DNA from: Escherichia phage vB_EcoM-Ro121c4YLVW | Sequence record: NC_052654.1 | Length of the DNA stretch: 64,000 bases | Reading direction: 5' to 3' (one strand) | Shown: piece by piece, positions 1 to 7,663 of the stretch | Numbering within the stretch: the first letter of the stretch is position 1 | Layout: each line of letters opens with the position of its first letter | Notes under the pieces: model-generated | Databases searched by the model: none | Told to the model about the DNA's origin: nothing | Seen by the model: only the letters and a program-made list of their open reading frames with translations | Translations under genes and position numbers: made by a program

Positions 1-1
1 A

Positions 2-904
2 GAAAAATATGATGGACGATTCAACCTTGGAGTAGTTTCTATCAATTTACCTCTGATTGCTGCGGAAGCGAGAAGTAAAGGAGAATCTTTCACCGACCTC
101 CTTAATAAACATATGGAGATAGCCTACGATGCTCACATGTTACGTGTAAACCGTATTAGGCATACCAAAGCATCTGAAAACCCTATTCTTTTCATGGAAG
201 GGGCTTTAGCGCGTTTAAATGCCAATGATGAAATTGGTGTTTTGTTTGAAGGTGGCTATGCTTCTATTAGTATTGGTTATGTAGGTCTTGCCGAAGCTTT
301 GGAAATCCTTTATCCAGAGGAAAAAGATAAAAAGGAACTAGGTAAAAACATTCTGCAACATATGAAAGATGTGTGTGCTGTGTTTAAAGAACGATCTAAG
401 TTGGCATTTAGTCTTTATGGAACTCCAGCAGAATCCTTGTGCTATAAATTTGCAACAGCTTTAAATGAAAAATATCCAGGTCTGGTAGAAAGAGACTATC
501 TTACTAATTCTTTTCATCAACCTGTATGGTTGGTAACAAATCCTTTTGAAAAATGGGATTATGAAGCAGGTTTTGCACAGATTAGCAATGGTGGTAACAT
601 AAGTTATGTCGAAACACCAAACTTAAAGAATAACTTAGAAGCTTTGGAGACTTTAGTAGACTACGCTTATGAACATATTCACTATTTTGGTATTAATCAG
701 CCCGTGGATCAATGCTTTAAGTGTGGTTTTCATGGAGAATTTAAGGCAACGGCTAAAGGGTTTGAGTGTCCTAATTGTGGCAACCATGAAGAAGAAACTA
801 TTTCTGTAGTTAGACGTGTATCAGGGTATCTTTCTGCCCCTAATTCACGGCCTTATAACAAAGGTAAAATGCAGGAAGTTTTGCAAAGGGAGAAACATCT
901 TTGA
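2..904 (+). CDS. nrdD: Anaerobic ribonucleoside-triphosphate reductase, C-terminal part (5' end outside window)
   Basis: The frame is open from base 2 (EKYDGRFNLGVVSINLPLIA...), so the M at 113 is internal. C-terminal Zn ribbon CFKCG...CPNCG is followed by the glycyl-radical motif RRVSGYL. The activase gene follows directly. Confidence 0.9.
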   Translation, partial: EKYDGRFNLGVVSINLPLIAAEARSKGESFTDLLNKHMEIAYDAHMLRVNRIRHTKASENPILFMEGALARLNANDEIGVLFEGGYASISIGYVGLAEALEILYPEEKDKKELGKNILQHMKDVCAVFKERSKLAFSLYGTPAESLCYKFATALNEKYPGLVERDYLTNSFHQPVWLVTNPFEKWDYEAGFAQISNGGNISYVETPNLKNNLEALETLVDYAYEHIHYFGINQPVDQCFKCGFHGEFKATAKGFECPNCGNHEEETISVVRRVSGYLSAPNSRPYNKGKMQEVLQREKHL

Positions 905-1371
905 ATTTTGCAGGATATGAACCTGTAGATCTTATTAATGGTGAGGGAGTTAGGTGCTCCCTCTGGGTTAGTGGTTGTAGCCACGGTTGTCGTGGCTGTT
1001 TTAACCAGAAAGCCTGGTCTTATTCTTATGGGAAACCGTTCACTAACGAAAATGTAGAGCAAGTTTTAAAAGATTTGTCAAGACCGTTTGTAAAAGGTTT
1101 AACAATTTTAGGAGGAGAACCATTAGATCCGCAGAATATTTACAATGTTAAAAACCTTATAGAAAAGGTTAGAGACGTTTATGGGTCAAGCAAAGATATA
1201 ATGGTGTATACAGGATATACTTTTGAGGAAGTGCCTTTGTATATTAAAAATCTTGTTGACATTATTGTAGACGGAAAGTATGAAATAAACAATCCAACCA
1301 CAAAACCTTTCAGAGGGTCAGATAATCAAAGATTATGGACCAAAACGGCGAGTGGTTGGCAATCAGATTAG
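901..1371 (+). CDS. nrdG: Anaerobic RNR activating protein (radical SAM)
   Basis: TTG start overlaps the nrdD stop. CSHGCRGCFN matches the CxxxCxxC radical-SAM cluster, and a GGEPL motif is present. Size is about 156 aa and it sits next to nrdD. Confidence 0.9.
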   Translation: MNFAGYEPVDLINGEGVRCSLWVSGCSHGCRGCFNQKAWSYSYGKPFTNENVEQVLKDLSRPFVKGLTILGGEPLDPQNIYNVKNLIEKVRDVYGSSKDIMVYTGYTFEEVPLYIKNLVDIIVDGKYEINNPTTKPFRGSDNQRLWTKTASGWQSD

Positions 1372-1384
1372 CGTAGGAGGTTTT

Positions 1385-1576
1385 ATGGTTACATATTTTG
1401 CTGTAGGAGATAGGGTAGGGACGGCAGGAGAACTTTTGAAGAACAGTGATCGGGACGTTAAGGACATTCTTGCAACCCTTGTGGATATTTTACAAAGAAA
1501 AGAGTTGCTTTCTGATCGAGATGTTGCTAAATTACTTGATATCGGAGGAGATGAACTTCAAAGACTTCCATTTTAA
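1385..1576 (+). CDS. Hypothetical small protein
   Basis: ATG at 1385 is preceded by gtaggagg, so the track start at 1352 is probably an upstream extension. No recognisable motif. Confidence 0.4.
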   Translation: MVTYFAVGDRVGTAGELLKNSDRDVKDILATLVDILQRKELLSDRDVAKLLDIGGDELQRLPF

Positions 1577-1591
1577 GTGAGGAGATAAGTA

Positions 1592-2197
1592 ATGCAACAT
1601 AGTGTAGTAGTCAACATGCCGAATAGTGGGGATAAATCTTTTGGTGTCCCTGCTAAAAAAGTGTGGAAAGCCCATTTTCATCTTACTTTATCTAACGTTA
1701 GTTCTGAAGAGTTGATGAAAGCAGCTAAGATTATTGGTGCCAAATGCACAACAATTGATTTACATCGGGATACAAAGTCTCAACGTGATCGTATGTTAAC
1801 AAAGTATCAAAGCGATCTCGACACTACTTTAATGTTGCAGTGTGTAGAAAAACTTGAGAATGCAGGTTTCAATGTTGTTCGTTACAAACTGGAACGAATG
1901 TTTAAACATGTTGCCTGTGTTCTTTTCATGGATCTAAGTAAAGAAAATTACGGAGAAGTTCACATTAAGACTTCAGCAAGTGATCCCGAAGTAGAAACAA
2001 ACTTCTTCCGTATTTCTTCTAATGCTGAAGAAATTGATTACCGATTTTATAATGCTCGCTTATATTCCGCAGAAGATAAGTTGCGTTTCAATGAAGCGTA
2101 TGATATGCTCTTGAACAGTGGGATACAGATAAAAGGCTACCACATAGAACAAGTGGTAGTGGACAGTAATCTTAACTTAGACGCATGGTGGGCTTAA
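1592..2197 (+). CDS. Hypothetical protein, first gene of the HAD/PRTase/macro operon
   Basis: RBS gaggag lies upstream and the stop is 1 nt before the HAD gene start. A single HLTL (H-x-T-x) motif is not enough for a family call. Confidence 0.6.
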   Translation: MQHSVVVNMPNSGDKSFGVPAKKVWKAHFHLTLSNVSSEELMKAAKIIGAKCTTIDLHRDTKSQRDRMLTKYQSDLDTTLMLQCVEKLENAGFNVVRYKLERMFKHVACVLFMDLSKENYGEVHIKTSASDPEVETNFFRISSNAEEIDYRFYNARLYSAEDKLRFNEAYDMLLNSGIQIKGYHIEQVVVDSNLNLDAWWA

Positions 2198-2198
2198 T

Positions 2199-2855
2199 AT
2201 GACTATTAAACATATCTCTTTTGATGTATGGAACACACTGATCACAGCAAACTCCAATTACGCAGACATGCGAGCCTGGACTATCGCAAAATATGGAGAT
2301 ATTACGGAAGTGGAAGCAAGAGCAGCTTATAAAAAGATCAAAAAGGAACTGGATAATGCAGCACTTCAAGGCAAAGCCGAGTGTGCAGCATACGCTTGGG
2401 AAAGACTTGGTTCTGAACTTGGGATAACGCCTTGGAAGTCTGCAAAGCTTCGTTTCGAGTGTGAACAGTGGTTCCTTAAGTTTCCACCACACGTAGCCGT
2501 GGATCTGCCGATGTACTTGCTGTATCTTTCGGGGCGTTATGATTTGAGTATTAAGAGCAATACCAACTTCATATCAGGGGATATCCTGCGTCGTGCTTGT
2601 AAGTTTGATAGTTGGAATTGTTTTGAGTTCACCCATTTCTCGGATGAAGCTTTACTTTGTAAACCAGATCCGCGATTCTTTGCTCGCACGCTCACGTATT
2701 CTCCGGTCCCTCTGTTAGGGCACGAAGTATTGCACGTAGGCGATAGTGAAGAATATGATGGAAAATGTGTTGACTTAGGATTTAACTTCTGTCATATTAA
2801 GAACCCTAACGACTTACTAGAGAAACTTAAAAGAGGAGAAATTGTAAATGCGTAA
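2199..2855 (+). CDS. HAD-superfamily hydrolase/phosphatase (haloacid-dehalogenase-like subfamily)
   Basis: Four HAD motifs are present: motif I FDVWNTL (compare FDxYGTL), motif II SIKSNTN, motif III CKPDPRFF, motif IV HVGDSEEYDG. Confidence 0.85.
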   Translation: MTIKHISFDVWNTLITANSNYADMRAWTIAKYGDITEVEARAAYKKIKKELDNAALQGKAECAAYAWERLGSELGITPWKSAKLRFECEQWFLKFPPHVAVDLPMYLLYLSGRYDLSIKSNTNFISGDILRRACKFDSWNCFEFTHFSDEALLCKPDPRFFARTLTYSPVPLLGHEVLHVGDSEEYDGKCVDLGFNFCHIKNPNDLLEKLKRGEIVNA

Positions 2856-3675
2856 TCAAACTCAAATTTTTGCAAATAAATTTGATGACCTGGAAACTGC
2901 TACTTTTGATATCAAAGATTATTCAAAATTGAAATTTGGTAGTAACCAAGCTGCGCGTCGTATGGGTAAAGAATTGGCACTTCAGTTTTTTGCTCAAGTG
3001 GCAATGAAACATATTGGGGAACAATTTGTTATCATCCCTTCTCCTTATAACCATGTGCATAATGCTGCAACAATGATGACAGATCATTTTATTAATTACT
3101 TTAATATGTTGCAAGCACAATATGATCAAGGTCGTTCAGCAGAACTGGATATTATTCATCGTAAAGTTAGCTATATCAACGATTATGGTTTCTTGGATAA
3201 AGCTAGTCGTAAGAAACTTATTGATGGGGATACATTCTACTGCAACAAAGAATTCTGGGGTGATAAGAAGCTTGTGTTCATTGATGATGTAAATATCACC
3301 GGAACTCATGAAGACAAACTGATTGAGATTCTTGATGAAAATCAAGTTAAAAATGATGTTTACTTCTTGTATTTTGCAAAATATGAAGGTAATCAAGCAG
3401 ATACTGAAGCTAAACTGAATTTTAACTACATCAATACACCAGAAGCGTTTGTTAAAATGATTAATGAAGAACGTGATGCACAGTGCCTTGTTCGTCCTAT
3501 TAAGTATCTTATGGGCCAAAATCACGAAGACTTCAAAATCATTCTTAGCCAATTGCCACACTACTATGTAGAGCAACTTTTCTTTGGATGTTTGGGAGAA
3601 GGTTACAACCGAATTTCAAAGTATGCTGAAAACTTTGAATTCTTGGATCGTTACACAAAACAACATATTCTGTAA
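2848..3675 (+). CDS. Phosphoribosyltransferase (type I PRTase fold, Ter-associated/ComF-like type)
   Basis: PRPP-binding loop KLVFIDDVNITGTHEDK (hydrophobic-DD-x-x-TG-T). The ORF overlaps the HAD gene by 8 nt. Confidence 0.8.
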   Translation: MRNQTQIFANKFDDLETATFDIKDYSKLKFGSNQAARRMGKELALQFFAQVAMKHIGEQFVIIPSPYNHVHNAATMMTDHFINYFNMLQAQYDQGRSAELDIIHRKVSYINDYGFLDKASRKKLIDGDTFYCNKEFWGDKKLVFIDDVNITGTHEDKLIEILDENQVKNDVYFLYFAKYEGNQADTEAKLNFNYINTPEAFVKMINEERDAQCLVRPIKYLMGQNHEDFKIILSQLPHYYVEQLFFGCLGEGYNRISKYAENFEFLDRYTKQHIL

Positions 3676-3688
3676 TAAGGAGCTAAAA

Positions 3689-4162
3689 ATGCTTAAAATG
3701 AAAACAGGTAATCTTATTGATGCCGCTAAAGCAGGAGAAGTAACTGTTATTGCTCATTGTTGCAATTGTATGTGTAATATGGGAGCAGGAATTGCTCCGC
3801 AAATTAAACGAGCATTCCCTTATGCATATGCGGCAGATTTAGACACAATGGCTGGTGATCAAAGTAAGTTAGGTTCTTTTAGTTTAGGGGTGCCAGACGA
3901 ACAATCAGACCCTTTGGTATATAATCTATACGGACAATACCGTTACGGATACAATGCTAAAGGTCGTCAGTTGGACTATGATGCACTTTACGATGCACTA
4001 ATAGCTATGGCTAATGATTTGCTTCTCCGTGACCAAAAATGTAAGATCGGCTTACCTATGATTGGCGCTGGATATGCTGGAGGTAATTGGGCTATCATCC
4101 AAGTGATGATTGAAGAAACTTTAGTAAAAACAGGTCACGATGTGACTATTTATAAACTTTAA
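3689..4162 (+). CDS. Macro-domain protein (ADP-ribose binding/processing)
   Basis: Start re-set to the ATG at 3689 (RBS aaggag, after the PRTase stop at 3675). Motifs: GNLIDA...VIAHCCNC...GAGIAPQIKRAFP and GLPMIGAGYAGGNW. Confidence 0.8.
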   Translation: MLKMKTGNLIDAAKAGEVTVIAHCCNCMCNMGAGIAPQIKRAFPYAYAADLDTMAGDQSKLGSFSLGVPDEQSDPLVYNLYGQYRYGYNAKGRQLDYDALYDALIAMANDLLLRDQKCKIGLPMIGAGYAGGNWAIIQVMIEETLVKTGHDVTIYKL

Positions 4163-4174
4163 GAGGAGATTAGT

Positions 4175-4396
4175 ATGGGTGTTTTTGCAGGTATTGTTGC
4201 AGTGGTAAGCTTTTTTGTTATTGCTTTTATGCTTAGTTTGATTCCAGCTTGGTTACTGTTGCTGGCTTACAACTATGTTGCTGAAGTTATGGGTCATGCA
4301 GATATCACTGTCCCAGTAACCTTCTGGACCGTGGTTTGTGTTTCGTTTATTCTGGCGGTATTACGAGGAATCTTTTCCTCTCATTCAACAAAATAA
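4175..4396 (+). CDS. Small membrane protein with two predicted TM helices
   Basis: RBS gaggag. The 73-aa product is almost entirely hydrophobic (VFAGIVAVVSFFVIAFMLSLIPAWLLLLAY; FWTVVCVSFILAVL). Confidence 0.55.
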   Translation: MGVFAGIVAVVSFFVIAFMLSLIPAWLLLLAYNYVAEVMGHADITVPVTFWTVVCVSFILAVLRGIFSSHSTK

Positions 4397-4399
4397 GTG

Positions 4400-4427
4400 T
4401 TGACATAGTTCTTAAAAAGAGTAAGAT
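4400..4427 (+). promoter_or_regulatory. Sigma70-like promoter upstream of the TerC gene
   Basis: TTGACA (4400-4405), about 16 nt spacer, TAAGAT (4422-4427). Confidence 0.5.
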
Positions 4428-4439
4428 ATATCACATGAA

Positions 4440-4458
4440 GCGGGGAATAGTTCCCCGC
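4440..4458 (+). promoter_or_regulatory. 5'-UTR stem-loop in the TerC leader
   Basis: GCGGGGAA-tag-TTCCCCGC forms a perfect 8-bp stem. There is no U-tract and the RBS gagaggag follows. Confidence 0.5.
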
Positions 4459-4475
4459 AAAGAGAGGAGAAAAGA

Positions 4476-5447
4476 ATGCAACTCGGTTTCCCAATTATTG
4501 ATGTAGTTGTTTTAGTTGGTATTTTGGCATTGTCTATTGGTATCGATTTCTTTGGTCATAAAGAGAATAAAGAAATTGGAATTAAATCTGCTTTGCTTTG
4601 GTCTGTTTTTTGGATTGCTTTAGCTTTAGGATATTACGCATTCATTTGGGTAGAGCATGGTAAAGAGTTTGCCGCACTTTTCCTAAGTGGATATGTGTTG
4701 GAAAAGAGTCTTTCTGTAGATAACCTAATGGTGTTCATGGCAATTTTTGCAAGCTTTGGAATTAAGAGCACACATCTCCAACATAAGATTTTACTTTGGG
4801 GTATTGCAGGTGCCATTGTCTTCCGAGGTGTTTTTGTTGCAGCAGGGACAGCTTTGTTTAACCTGCATTGGTCGGTCCAAGTGTTGTTCGGTCTGATTGT
4901 AGCTTGGTCTGCCGTTGCTATTATCAAAGGTGGTGACGAAGAAGATATTGATTACTCTAAACATTGGGCTGTTCGTTTAGTAGGTAAAGTTCTGCCTGTG
5001 CACAACGCACTGGATGGTGAAAAGTTCATTACCATTAAGAATGGTATTAAATATGCAACTCCTGCTCTTCTTTGTGTGTTTGTTATTGAGCTTACAGATA
5101 TTGTGTTCTCTTTTGATTCAGTTCCGGCTGTTATTGGTGTGACACAAGAACCTCTGCTAGTTTATTCTGCAATGCTGATGGCTGTTCTTGGTTTACGTGC
5201 ACTTTTCTTTGTGTTAAGTGTAGCTGTGAAATATCTGGTTCACTTAGAGAAAGCTGTTGCTGTGGTTCTGGTGTTTGTTGGTGCTAAACTTATGTATCAC
5301 CCGTTCGGTGAAACACTTCATGCCAAGTGGTCATTCCTCCCGCATGATATTTCCCCTAACGTAAGTCTGATGATTGTTCTAGGCACATTAGCTCTTGGTG
5401 TTATTGCAAGCTTTATCTTCCCTGAAAAAGAAGAAGCTGCTGTTTAA
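4476..5447 (+). CDS. TerC/Alx-family integral membrane protein
   Basis: Polytopic hydrophobic protein carrying the TerC signature GYVLEKSLSVDNLMVFMAIF, and a second half with FSFDSVPAVIGVT. Confidence 0.9.
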   Translation: MQLGFPIIDVVVLVGILALSIGIDFFGHKENKEIGIKSALLWSVFWIALALGYYAFIWVEHGKEFAALFLSGYVLEKSLSVDNLMVFMAIFASFGIKSTHLQHKILLWGIAGAIVFRGVFVAAGTALFNLHWSVQVLFGLIVAWSAVAIIKGGDEEDIDYSKHWAVRLVGKVLPVHNALDGEKFITIKNGIKYATPALLCVFVIELTDIVFSFDSVPAVIGVTQEPLLVYSAMLMAVLGLRALFFVLSVAVKYLVHLEKAVAVVLVFVGAKLMYHPFGETLHAKWSFLPHDISPNVSLMIVLGTLALGVIASFIFPEKEEAAV

Positions 5448-5453
5448 TAGATG

Positions 5454-5477
5454 AGCCTCCTTCGGGAGGCTATTTTA
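5454..5477 (+). terminator. Rho-independent terminator
   Basis: AGCCTCC-ttcg-GGAGGCT followed by attttat. Confidence 0.75.
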
Positions 5478-5489
5478 TAGGAGAGACTT

Positions 5490-5840
5490 ATGAGTAATTT
5501 TGATGAAATTCAAAAACTTGTTTGGGATTTACCTGATGATGTTGATTACGTTTCAGATTATCTTTCAAAAGTTTACCCTGGGGTAAGCGTTATGATTGTG
5601 ACCAAAGATCCAATTAATTTGCCTCCTAATGTGGTAGCTTGTTGTGGGAGTGGTTCAGGGGAAGTGGAGCCTGTATCCCGTTGGGAATTAACTAAAGCTG
5701 TTTCAAAACGAAACGGTGAAGTTTTGAATATTGATATCGAGCAAATATGGACTTCTCCAGCAGCTAAATGGAATGATCCGAATGGTTGGGACTTGTTCTT
5801 CTGGGATAATGAAACTGATGATGAGGTATTTTTAAAATGA
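5490..5840 (+). CDS. Hypothetical protein
   Basis: RBS aggagag. 116 aa with no recognisable motif. Confidence 0.55.
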   Translation: MSNFDEIQKLVWDLPDDVDYVSDYLSKVYPGVSVMIVTKDPINLPPNVVACCGSGSGEVEPVSRWELTKAVSKRNGEVLNIDIEQIWTSPAAKWNDPNGWDLFFWDNETDDEVFLK

Positions 5841-6082
5841 AATACTTGTTGGTTGTGTTTGAAAATATTTGTTTTGCAATAGGGTTGTTTGTTGTAATTT
5901 TTGTATTGACAAGCGTAATCAACGGCAGTAAAGTGAGTTTATACCGAGATGGAGAGCAACTTTATTGCTTCTCTGGAGATTTCAAACACAGATGTATTAA
6001 TAGCCAAAACGAGGAAAGCAAATATGAAAAAACTAGCCCTGATTTTAATTGGTTGTATCTTTTTAACAGCTTGCGAGGATGA
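5837..6082 (+). CDS. Possible small membrane protein (uncertain)
   Basis: ATGA overlap with the upstream stop and a hydrophobic N-terminus. However, it overlaps the lipoprotein gene start by 59 nt and contains a promoter-like site. Confidence 0.3.
   Translation: MKYLLVVFENICFAIGLFVVIFVLTSVINGSKVSLYRDGEQLYCFSGDFKHRCINSQNEESKYEKTSPDFNWLYLFNSLRG
5906..5934 (+). promoter_or_regulatory. Sigma70-like promoter upstream of the lipoprotein gene
   Basis: TTGACA (5906-5911), 17 nt spacer, TAAAGT (5929-5934). Confidence 0.4.
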
Positions 6083-6461
6083 AACAAATCCTGCACAATA
6101 CCAACAACCTCCTCAACAATACGCTCAACAAGGATCTGACGGAGATACAACTATTATCAACAATGGTGGCGGTTCTAGTAGTAGCGGTGTTGGTGAGTTT
6201 GCTACAGGTATGTTGTTAGGGCATATGATGAGTGGCGGTAGTAATCGTAGCAGTGGGGATTATAACGATAACAGAACGATTATTAATAAGCATTATAATA
6301 CACCTAAACCGAAAACTAATTTTTATAGTAAGCCTAAACAAGAGATAAAAACTTATGAAAAGCCGAGACAAACTTTTAAAACAAATAGTAGCTATACAAC
6401 TCGTAAATCTTACAATAGCCCTTTAAGTAAAAAGAGTTCATCTCGTAGCAAGCGACGTTAA
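6024..6461 (+). CDS. Lipoprotein with a Gly/Ser-rich middle and a Lys/Ser-rich basic tail
   Basis: Start re-set to the internal ATG. MKKLALILIGCIFLTAC is a signal peptide with a lipobox (LTAC). The RBS is gaggaaag. Confidence 0.7.
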   Translation: MKKLALILIGCIFLTACEDETNPAQYQQPPQQYAQQGSDGDTTIINNGGGSSSSGVGEFATGMLLGHMMSGGSNRSSGDYNDNRTIINKHYNTPKPKTNFYSKPKQEIKTYEKPRQTFKTNSSYTTRKSYNSPLSKKSSSRSKRR

Positions 6462-6475
6462 TAAGGAGAAAAACA

Positions 6476-7069
6476 ATGACAATTTCTATTCGTACTTCCA
6501 TCGTAGGTGTTAAAAGGTTGCCTAATGCTTTGCAAATCACACGCGCTTTGAGGGATACATTCTCTGCTGTGGACGAGCATAAGATGCTTGATAATCTTTC
6601 AAATTGGCCCTATTTCCATTATTTTAAAAATGAAGATGACGAGTTTATAGACGCTGTTTCTTATGGTTATGATTTCGGTAAGGAGGTTTCTGCTGAAGAA
6701 TTTGTAGCTATGGTGTTCCCAAACGGTTTGCCTACTCGCAGTAAACGTAAAAAAGGACCAAAAAACAAGAAACGTGCTACTAATAAAGCTACCATTTTCT
6801 TTACTGATGGCACACAATATACGATTAAAGATTTTGAAGAGGTATCTTATACAGCAGGTGGGAATCTTTCTTTCTACACCATCAAAAAACAAAACTCTAC
6901 GTTCAGCCATGTTTCTAACATGATTGAAATGTTAGTAGAAGATATTGAAAGCGTAGCTGTGTTAGGTATGCATAAAAGCTTTTTAATTACAAATATTTCA
7001 GATTTCAGTGCACGTTTATCTGGTCCTGATTTTGAAACCACGACCACGCATTTCACTTTTAAGGTGTAA
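6476..7069 (+). CDS. Hypothetical protein with a basic patch RSKRKKGPKNKKR
   Basis: RBS aaggagaa. 197 aa with no family motif recognised. Confidence 0.55.
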   Translation: MTISIRTSIVGVKRLPNALQITRALRDTFSAVDEHKMLDNLSNWPYFHYFKNEDDEFIDAVSYGYDFGKEVSAEEFVAMVFPNGLPTRSKRKKGPKNKKRATNKATIFFTDGTQYTIKDFEEVSYTAGGNLSFYTIKKQNSTFSHVSNMIEMLVEDIESVAVLGMHKSFLITNISDFSARLSGPDFETTTTHFTFKV

Positions 7070-7072
7070 GTT

Positions 7073-7663
7073 ATGTATACCGAGAGAGACTTGCAACTCT
7101 TGTGGTGGGAAGTGATGCAGGAAATAAAAGAAGATTTTCCTGTTTACTACAACATGTTACGTGAAGCAGGATATAAAGCTTGTGTTAGAAACAAAGTGAA
7201 TAACTCTTTCGGTTGGTGCAACTACCGAGATAAAATTGTTGTTGTAAATTGGCACTTGCATAAGAACTCTACAAGAGATATGATCGTGGATACAATGAAG
7301 CACGAAATTGCTCATGCTATTGATGGTTGTATGGGTAAGTTTAGTAGACACGGTGCTCATTGGCAAAAACTGGCAGCAGAGTTAGGGGCTAATCCTAAAG
7401 CCACTTCCAAAGAGCCGTTGAACCACGAATATAAATATGTTCTTGTTCTGGTAGATAGGTTTGCGACAAGATGTGTTAGAGGTTATAATCGTAAACCTAA
7501 TCGCATGTACCCAGGTAAGCAACCTAATATGTGGTTGAAATCAGATAAAGAAGGGACCGAAGGAAAATTATGGTTGTATAAATGGGACGATTGGGTTAAA
7601 GTAGCTAAAGAGTACGGTGTTTCACCATATATAAGAGATGCAGAAGAGGAGAATGAAGAATGA
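7073..7663 (+). CDS. SprT-like zinc metallopeptidase-domain protein
   Basis: MKHEIAHAIDG...HGAHWQKLAAELGANP contains the HExxH motif plus a downstream His, typical of SprT-like domains. Confidence 0.75.
   Translation: MYTERDLQLLWWEVMQEIKEDFPVYYNMLREAGYKACVRNKVNNSFGWCNYRDKIVVVNWHLHKNSTRDMIVDTMKHEIAHAIDGCMGKFSRHGAHWQKLAAELGANPKATSKEPLNHEYKYVLVLVDRFATRCVRGYNRKPNRMYPGKQPNMWLKSDKEGTEGKLWLYKWDDWVKVAKEYGVSPYIRDAEEENEE

Noticed and set aside
1592-2197. Possible 2H phosphoesterase (LigT-like) assignment, based on the motif HFHLTL.
   Set aside because: Only one H-x-T/S-x motif is present. The second candidate (VHIKTS) has Lys at the Thr/Ser position. The evidence is insufficient, so the gene is left as hypothetical.
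3584-3688. N-terminal extensions of track ORFs at 3584, 1352, 5949, 9825, 12638, 12937, 14607 and 57348.
   Set aside because: Each extension overlaps the preceding gene and lacks an RBS. An internal ATG or GTG with a good Shine-Dalgarno sequence sits just after the upstream stop, so the starts were re-set accordingly.
4397-4475. Possible yybP-ykoY (Mn) riboswitch upstream of the TerC-family gene.
   Set aside because: The leader between the putative -10 and the start codon is under 50 nt and contains a single simple hairpin. That is far too short for the four-helix riboswitch.
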